Of a stretch of 19,222 nt of DNA, positions 14,536-19,222 are shown piece after piece (within the stretch, counting starts at the first letter, position 1; every line of letters starts with the position of its first letter). The stretch is from a virus (Duplodnaviria > Heunggongvirae > Uroviricota > Caudoviricetes). The position numbers and the translations under genes are program-made. The stretch lies in the IMG/VR virus record IMGVR_UViG_2654588181_000006, positions 1-19,222 of that record. The stretch is one strand, 5' to 3'. The notes beneath the pieces were generated by a model that saw only the letters and a list, made by a program, of their open reading frames with translations, did no database searches and was not told the origin of the DNA.

Positions 14536-14692
14536 AGCTTCAGCCCCTTGTATCCGTTAAATGATTCGGCAACAATCATCACCCACCACGCGCGTAATCT
14601 CACCCCTGCGCCGTTCTCCCGACCCGGCGACAACAAAAAGCAGTAACCCCCTCCGCACGCACATGCGACCATGTCGCACAGGGAGGGAACAG

Positions 14693-15802
14693 ATGACCGA
14701 CACCACCATGCAATTGCTCAGTCAGGGCACAGACCCCGTGAAAATGCCGGATTTTGATATTCTCGCGGAGGGTAAAACGCTGTCAGGCGTGGCAGAGCGC
14801 CTGATGAGCCTGTCACTGACCGACAACCGGGGATTTGAGGCGGACCAGCTCGCCGTCACGCTGGATGATGCGGATGGTCAGTTGCAGCTACCGCCACGGG
14901 GCGCGCGCCTGACGGTTCTCATTGGCTGGAAAGGAGAACCGCTGACAGAAAAAGGCACTTACATTGTTGATGAAATCGCTCACGAAGGACCGCCGGACAG
15001 GCTGACTGTTTCAGCCAGAAGCGCAGATTTTCGGGATGAATTTAACGTTAAACGTGAGGTGTCCTGGCATGATGTGACCGTTGAACGCGTGGTATCCGCC
15101 ATCGCTCATCGGTACGGCCTGAAACCGCAAATCAGCGAAATGCTGATGGATATCGAAATCGACCACGCCGACCAGACTGAAGAAAGCGACATGTCCTTCC
15201 TTACGCGCATGGCGGAAATGCTGGGCGCAATCACCACGGTAAAAAGCGGTAATCTGTTATTCATCATGCCCGGTGGTGGCGTGAACGCACAGGGTCAGCC
15301 GTTGCCATCGTTTGCCATCACACGCAGCAGCGGCGATCGCCATCAGTTCCGCATTGCTGACCGCGAGGCGTATACGGGTGTACGCGCCTACTGGCTTGAT
15401 CTTAATTACGGGAAAAAGAAAAAAGTCAGCGTGAAACGCCGCAAACCGCCAAAACCCAAAAAGGAGAAAAGTAGCAGCCGTGAAGGTGATTATATGGAAG
15501 GCGCGGAAGGCAATGTGTTTGTGTTACGCAAGACTTATCAAAACGAGCAGGCAGCAAGACGCGCAGCGGCGGCAAAGTGGCAGCAGCTACAACGCGGAGC
15601 CGCAGCGTTCTCCATCACACTGGCACGTGGACGCGCAGAACTCTACCCCGAAATGCATGGCACGGTAACAGGATTTAAAAGCGAGATTGATAATCAGGAC
15701 TGGATTATTGCGAAAGCCGAGCACACCATTGATAACAGCGGCTTTACCACGCAGCTTGAGCTTGAAGCAAAAATCCCGGAGTGGATAGCAGAAACAGAGT
15801 AA
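14693..15802 (+). CDS. D: Tail protein D (phage late control gene D family)
   Basis: ORF 14561..15802; start chosen at ATG 14693 preceded by GGGAGGGA (14681-14688). Blocks LTDNRGFEADQL, GWKGEPL, ARSADFR, SWHD, DQTEESDMSFL, YTGVRAYW, LARGRAELYPE and GFTTQLELE fit the gpD family. It is on the opposite strand from FI-FII-E-T, unlike canonical P2. Confidence 0.8.
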   Translation: MTDTTMQLLSQGTDPVKMPDFDILAEGKTLSGVAERLMSLSLTDNRGFEADQLAVTLDDADGQLQLPPRGARLTVLIGWKGEPLTEKGTYIVDEIAHEGPPDRLTVSARSADFRDEFNVKREVSWHDVTVERVVSAIAHRYGLKPQISEMLMDIEIDHADQTEESDMSFLTRMAEMLGAITTVKSGNLLFIMPGGGVNAQGQPLPSFAITRSSGDRHQFRIADREAYTGVRAYWLDLNYGKKKKVSVKRRKPPKPKKEKSSSREGDYMEGAEGNVFVLRKTYQNEQAARRAAAAKWQQLQRGAAAFSITLARGRAELYPEMHGTVTGFKSEIDNQDWIIAKAEHTIDNSGFTTQLELEAKIPEWIAETE

Positions 15803-15890
15803 ACAACTTAAATGTATAAGCTAAGATATTAGCTGGAACGCTTGCTGCACAGAGGCAGCCCCAATTTGACAATCACTTCTATGACAGAAG

Positions 15891-15913
15891 CGCTACCTTA
15901 TTATAAGGTAGCG
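15891..15913. repeat. 23-bp perfect palindrome
   Basis: CGCTACCTTAT-T-ATAAGGTAGCG is perfectly self-complementary around a central T. It sits 89 bp downstream of the D stop, at the edge of the AT-rich island. Confidence 0.5.
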
Positions 15914-16054
15914 TAGATTGAGCAATCTATATCGTGCTAAAAACACATGTTGAATATTTAGATATCGATGTGATATTAACGTTATATCAAGAGAGTTAAT
16001 GTTCTACCGAACCTTATTATCAGAGTTTATTATAGATAAACAATTACTATCAAT

Positions 16055-16113
16055 AAGAGCCACGCACGCAATATTTTGAGGCTGTGGCTCTTATCTGTGA
16101 ACCTACGAGGTTC
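16055..16113 (-). terminator. Tandem stem-loops immediately downstream of the ATPase gene
   Basis: GAACC-tacga-GGTTC at 16099-16113 starts 2 nt after the ATPase stop; AAGAGCCAC (16055-16063) pairs with GTGGCTCTT (16084-16092). No clean U-tract, so terminator function is tentative. Confidence 0.35.
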
Positions 16114-16114
16114 G

Positions 16115-18253
16115 TCAGGCAATCTCGCGACCAACATCGTCATTTGCCGCAAAAGCTGATAGTAACAAATTATCACACTCAGTTATGACATATTCTGGAA
16201 TGAGATCGAATCTAGCCGGATCCAGCTGGCAGATAAACTCATTTTCGATATGATAGGTTTCATTAATAAATTTCTGAATTACAGAGTTTGTATGCTCAAT
16301 ACCCATTAACCTGAAAACTTGCAATTTTTCGTAGCTACTTTTGCAACTGAAATAAAGCGTGGTGAGAAAGTTTTCGCAGGTGATTTTTGCTAGCTCTACC
16401 TTATAGTTGAAATCTGGAATATGATTAATTATTTCGTGACAACCTAAATTTTCACTAACTTCTGACATTAACGAATATTCCCCGTCGATCTTCGCCAAGC
16501 GCCTATCCTCCAGAAATTCCCGCTTATGAAAAAGATTTGAAAGCACTTGATAGGCATCCCCCAGATCATCAAGGATTTCGTAATGACGGCGAAGATATAT
16601 CAACTTAATAATATCGTCACTCACAGACTGTAGAGCCGATGTGCAGATTTGAGCAAAAGTTTTGATATCCGAATTTGAAATTGGTTGCTCTGTAATAACA
16701 CCATTACTGTAGCGGAGATAAGCTGCTGAAACTTGATTATCAAATTGCTGCCTAACAGCGCGAATAGTATCGATGATTGGCTCAACATCATGCGTCAACA
16801 TCAGCACTGTTTTACTCTTAAGACAATCAGATGGCTCTCTACGAAAAAGCATTTCAAGAATCGCAAACTTCTTATTTTTATCGAACGAGGAAATGGGATC
16901 ATCCAAAATAATCAGACTTGGTTTTCTAGAAAGACATTCATACATGAAGAGCACGAGGGCAAACGCATTTCTTTCACCGTAACTTAGATGTTGGCTACCA
17001 CCAGTGACGACATCTGTATGATCTACATGATAGAGTTGTAGTCGTGGCTGTGCATCGTCTGTTATCCGCACACGGTAACGATAACCAGCATAGGATAGAA
17101 AATCATTGATATTTTTTTGGTGCTTTATAACGAGCTGGCGTACTTTATTCCGCTGCTGATTCAGTTTACCCTGAAGTGGTCCAGCGCTTGCAATTAGATC
17201 AGTCAGAGAAGTATTGAGTGCATCAACAATACGTGTGGTTTCTTCTGATTGAAGTTCAGTAAAGAAGTCCAGATTCAACTTGTAAGAGGCGAGTTTAGCA
17301 GCTACATCGTCTCCTTCTGTGAAGCTAAATCCGGAAAGCGTTTTAAGCACGGTAAGTTTATCTATTAGATCATCTGTTTGAGATTTAAGGGTGATAAGAT
17401 ATGTTTCATGCTGCTGCTCAAGACCATTAGGAAGGGTTGTGATTTCTTTAAGACGATCACGGGCAGAGTCAGTAAGGTAAATTCCTAAACGCTGAATGAC
17501 ATCAACAAGCTCCATCAAATTTTTGATGACAGCTTGGTCATATTCTACTCCAACCTGTTGAATTCGTTGTTGTTGTTGTTCGGTAGATTCACTACTGCAA
17601 TAAGGACAGTACTCACCCGCAAGTTCACCAAACTCTGTTAGCCCTTTTGTCTGCCAAGCAATCCACTGCACACTTTTATTACTAGTTATCATGTTTCTGT
17701 ACGGTTCAAGTGCGGCAGGGATATGAAGAAGTTTATTACCTCCAGCAAGCGCTTTCATACCCTTTGTACTTTTACTAAGAGCAGATGCTGCAGTGACTTT
17801 AAATGCACTGGATAAAACAGTGAGATCGCTCAATAGGGTTTCCAGTTGTGTATGCTCGGTAAACACCTGACGGATCGTCGAAATAATTAATTCTATTTCA
17901 CTCTCTGTTCTGATATACGCGTCAGTTTTGATTAATATATCGAAACTGTTGGCTACAAGCTCATCCTGACGGAATGTGAACTGGCTAACATACTCCTCAT
18001 TGAAACACATTATATTATCTAGTTGTTCCATTCCGGTCACAGAGGGCGCAACATTATCGGGGTTATTTGCCCTGAATTTAAAAGGAAGTAATTCTGCCAA
18101 ACAAGCTTCCTGCCCAGGCAAACTGAACTGCATCGCCCGAGCAATAGTGCTTTTCCCTGTACCATTCGGCGCAAAACGAATATTCAACTTTTTTTCGGCT
18201 AGAGAAACAGTAGCAAAGTCAATGCTATTACAGTAACTAATTTCAATTTCCAT
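16115..18253 (-). CDS. ABC/Rad50-type ATPase with CxxC zinc hook and C-terminal putative nuclease domain (RloC/PrrC-like architecture); candidate anti-phage defence protein
   Basis: 712-aa ORF; ATG 18253..18251 preceded by AAGAAGG with a 7-nt spacer. Walker A APNGTGKST (18146-18172); about 380 aa of predicted coiled coil containing EYCPYCSS (CxxC, 17597-17608); signature-like LSYGERN (16967-16987); Walker B LIILDD (16898-16915); H-loop LTHD; then a roughly 225-aa C-terminal domain with a candidate Rx5H motif RLMGIEH (16292-16312). The gene is visibly AT-rich and opposite in orientation to the flanking D and ogr. Confidence 0.8.
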   Translation of the reverse strand: MEIEISYCNSIDFATVSLAEKKLNIRFAPNGTGKSTIARAMQFSLPGQEACLAELLPFKFRANNPDNVAPSVTGMEQLDNIMCFNEEYVSQFTFRQDELVANSFDILIKTDAYIRTESEIELIISTIRQVFTEHTQLETLLSDLTVLSSAFKVTAASALSKSTKGMKALAGGNKLLHIPAALEPYRNMITSNKSVQWIAWQTKGLTEFGELAGEYCPYCSSESTEQQQQRIQQVGVEYDQAVIKNLMELVDVIQRLGIYLTDSARDRLKEITTLPNGLEQQHETYLITLKSQTDDLIDKLTVLKTLSGFSFTEGDDVAAKLASYKLNLDFFTELQSEETTRIVDALNTSLTDLIASAGPLQGKLNQQRNKVRQLVIKHQKNINDFLSYAGYRYRVRITDDAQPRLQLYHVDHTDVVTGGSQHLSYGERNAFALVLFMYECLSRKPSLIILDDPISSFDKNKKFAILEMLFRREPSDCLKSKTVLMLTHDVEPIIDTIRAVRQQFDNQVSAAYLRYSNGVITEQPISNSDIKTFAQICTSALQSVSDDIIKLIYLRRHYEILDDLGDAYQVLSNLFHKREFLEDRRLAKIDGEYSLMSEVSENLGCHEIINHIPDFNYKVELAKITCENFLTTLYFSCKSSYEKLQVFRLMGIEHTNSVIQKFINETYHIENEFICQLDPARFDLIPEYVITECDNLLLSAFAANDDVGREIA

Positions 18254-18425
18254 TTTTTTGCCTTCTTATTACGTTAGTAAGGCAATCACAATACCAACAA
18301 TTCATTAATAAGTTTACTGCTGGATTCAAAACAAACCAACTTGTGTCACAATATTTAAATTCTATACAGCTTTTCCGTTTCTCCCCCCTTATGAATGAGG
18401 GTTCTATTGCAAGCCTTTCGAGCAT
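18243..18425 (-). CDS. Possible small Cys-rich upstream ORF (60 aa) overlapping the ATPase start
   Basis: The ORF ends 11 nt inside the ATPase gene (stop complement of 18243-18245). Contains several Cys (CWYCDC). RBS weak (AGGAA, 10-nt spacer). Could be a leader peptide or spurious. Confidence 0.25.
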   Translation of the reverse strand: MLERLAIEPSFIRGEKRKSCIEFKYCDTSWFVLNPAVNLLMNCWYCDCLTNVIRRQKNGN

Positions 18426-18501
18426 AAAGCATCAGTTCCTAGTACATATCGTGGCTTTTCTTACAATTGAGCGCATGGCCTGTTTTTCCATTTATTTGTA
18501 T

Positions 18502-18531
18502 GTGACATAAGCAAAATCACTTTTTTATAGT
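18502..18531 (+). promoter_or_regulatory. Candidate sigma70 promoter for ogr
   Basis: GTGACA (18502-18507), 18-bp spacer, TATAGT (18526-18531), about 100 bp upstream of the ogr ATG. Confidence 0.3.
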
Positions 18532-18630
18532 AAAAATGTACATCCTCCTCTCGACAAAAGCTGTCTGGCAGTTGGAGCTTGAGTCAAGACAACTTAAAAT
18601 AGCGACAGCACCACGTTAAGGGAGGTCGCT

Positions 18631-18891
18631 ATGTTCCGTTGTCCGCTTTGTGGCGCATCTGCCCGTATCCGCACAAGTCGCCCTGAAAATGATTCGAATA
18701 CCGTGCGGCAAAAATATTACCAGTGTAACAACCTGGAATGCGGCGTATGCTTCTCAACACTGGAAGCCTTCCATAAATTCACATCGAAACACGCCTCCAG
18801 CGCTCACTCTTCGGAGAGTATCCCTTGGCATGATCTGCCAGCTTCACACAGAGGAAACAATCAGATGAGTTTGCCCTTACCTCAGAATTAA
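18631..18891 (+). CDS. ogr: Ogr/Delta-type zinc-finger late transcription activator
   Basis: N-terminus MFRCPLCGASARIRTSR...YYQCNNLECGV has the C-x2-C-x(24)-C-x4-C spacing and resembles P2 Ogr (MFHCPLCQHAAHARTSR...YHQCQNVNC, from memory). ATG 18631 preceded by AAGGGAGG. Confidence 0.8.
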   Translation: MFRCPLCGASARIRTSRPENDSNTVRQKYYQCNNLECGVCFSTLEAFHKFTSKHASSAHSSESIPWHDLPASHRGNNQMSLPLPQN

Positions 18892-18951
18892 CAGGCAGAA
18901 TTGCCGGAGTAACAAAAAAGCGATAGATTACGCGCGGGTGCCTTTCGGCTG

Positions 18952-19215
18952 ATGGTCGGAGGGAATACCCGAAGGCCAGATGTGGAAAGGCCCCGGAAAA
19001 CATCTCTGTTTAACCGAGGCCCTAACCGCATTACCTTGACAAGTGAAAGGTTAGCGCCTCTCCGGAAAAGGAGCAAGTGCTATGTCGCAAAAATCGCTTA
19101 CGGCCATCACGTTCTGCGTGACGGCAATCCTCATCATCTGGATGTTGCACGGTTCGCTGTGCGAAATACGGATGAGCTTCTGGGGAGCGGAGTTTGCGGC
19201 GTTCTTACAGTGTAA
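18952..19215 (+). CDS. mok-like overlapping reading frame
   Basis: An 87-codon frame starts about 130 nt upstream of the hok-like gene and ends 7 nt before its stop, in a different frame. This mirrors the mok/hok overlap of hok/sok loci. Its true start is not determined. Confidence 0.35.
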   Translation: MVGGNTRRPDVERPRKTSLFNRGPNRITLTSERLAPLRKRSKCYVAKIAYGHHVLRDGNPHHLDVARFAVRNTDELLGSGVCGVLTV

Positions 19216-19222
19216 GCAGTAA
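19082..19222 (+). CDS. hok: Hok/Gef-family type I toxin (46 aa)
   Basis: Not in the ORF track (under 60 aa). ATG 19082 preceded by AAGGAG. Translation MSQKSLTAITFCVTAILIIWMLHGSLCEIRMSFWGAEFAAFLQCKQ has one TM helix followed by SLCEIR and E-x-AAF-x-x-C, as in Hok (KSLCEIR, EVAAFMA) and HokA (SLCELH, ELAAFLACK), recalled from memory. Stop at 19220-19222 is the last codon of the window. Confidence 0.75.
   Translation: MSQKSLTAITFCVTAILIIWMLHGSLCEIRMSFWGAEFAAFLQCKQ

Noticed and set aside
12566-14646. ORFs antisense to E, FII and FI (for example 12566..12988 plus, 13602..13943 minus, 14236..14646 plus)
   Set aside because: They overlap conserved tail genes on the opposite strand or in other frames; no RBS or motif support.
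14561-14692. N-terminal extension of the D ORF back to 14561
   Set aside because: The ATG at 14693 has a strong RBS and starts the conserved sequence; the extension is Pro/Ser/Arg-rich and would run through the divergent FI promoter region.
16733-16987. Two plus-strand ORFs (84 and 69 aa) inside the ATPase gene
   Set aside because: Antisense to a gene with intact ATPase motifs in exactly this interval (signature and Walker B).
1-19222. CRISPR array, IS element or integron features
   Set aside because: No regularly spaced direct repeats with unique spacers, no transposase-like ORF with terminal inverted repeats, and no attC-like sites; the repeats found are isolated palindromes or two-copy direct repeats.

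Overview
This window reads as a degraded, rearranged P2-like (Peduovirus-type) prophage from an enterobacterial chromosome, carrying several cargo insertions. No database search was possible; all protein identifications are by motif and recognition from memory. Left to right: a terminator and A/CA-rich tract at the probable prophage edge; an AT-rich 131-aa cargo gene translationally coupled to a tyrosine integrase (both minus strand); a P2-type immunity switch (C-like repressor, operator with a 20-bp perfect palindrome, Cox-like protein); a run of small early genes interrupted by an antisense membrane-protein gene and a structured, repeat-rich intergenic region; the rolling-circle replication initiator gpA (HUH and Y-x3-Y motifs); a ParM/StbA-like actin-family ATPase whose 3' end appears truncated; an inverted tail module (tape measure T, chaperones E/E' with an A7 slippery site, tube FII, sheath FI) with no gpU and no capsid, lysis or baseplate genes; tail gene D on the opposite strand; a visibly AT-rich island encoding a 712-aa ABC-type ATPase with a CxxC zinc hook and a C-terminal putative nuclease domain (RloC/PrrC-like architecture, the strongest defence-system candidate); ogr; and a hok/mok-like type I toxin locus at the right edge. 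No rRNA, tRNA, CRISPR array or IS element was recognised.
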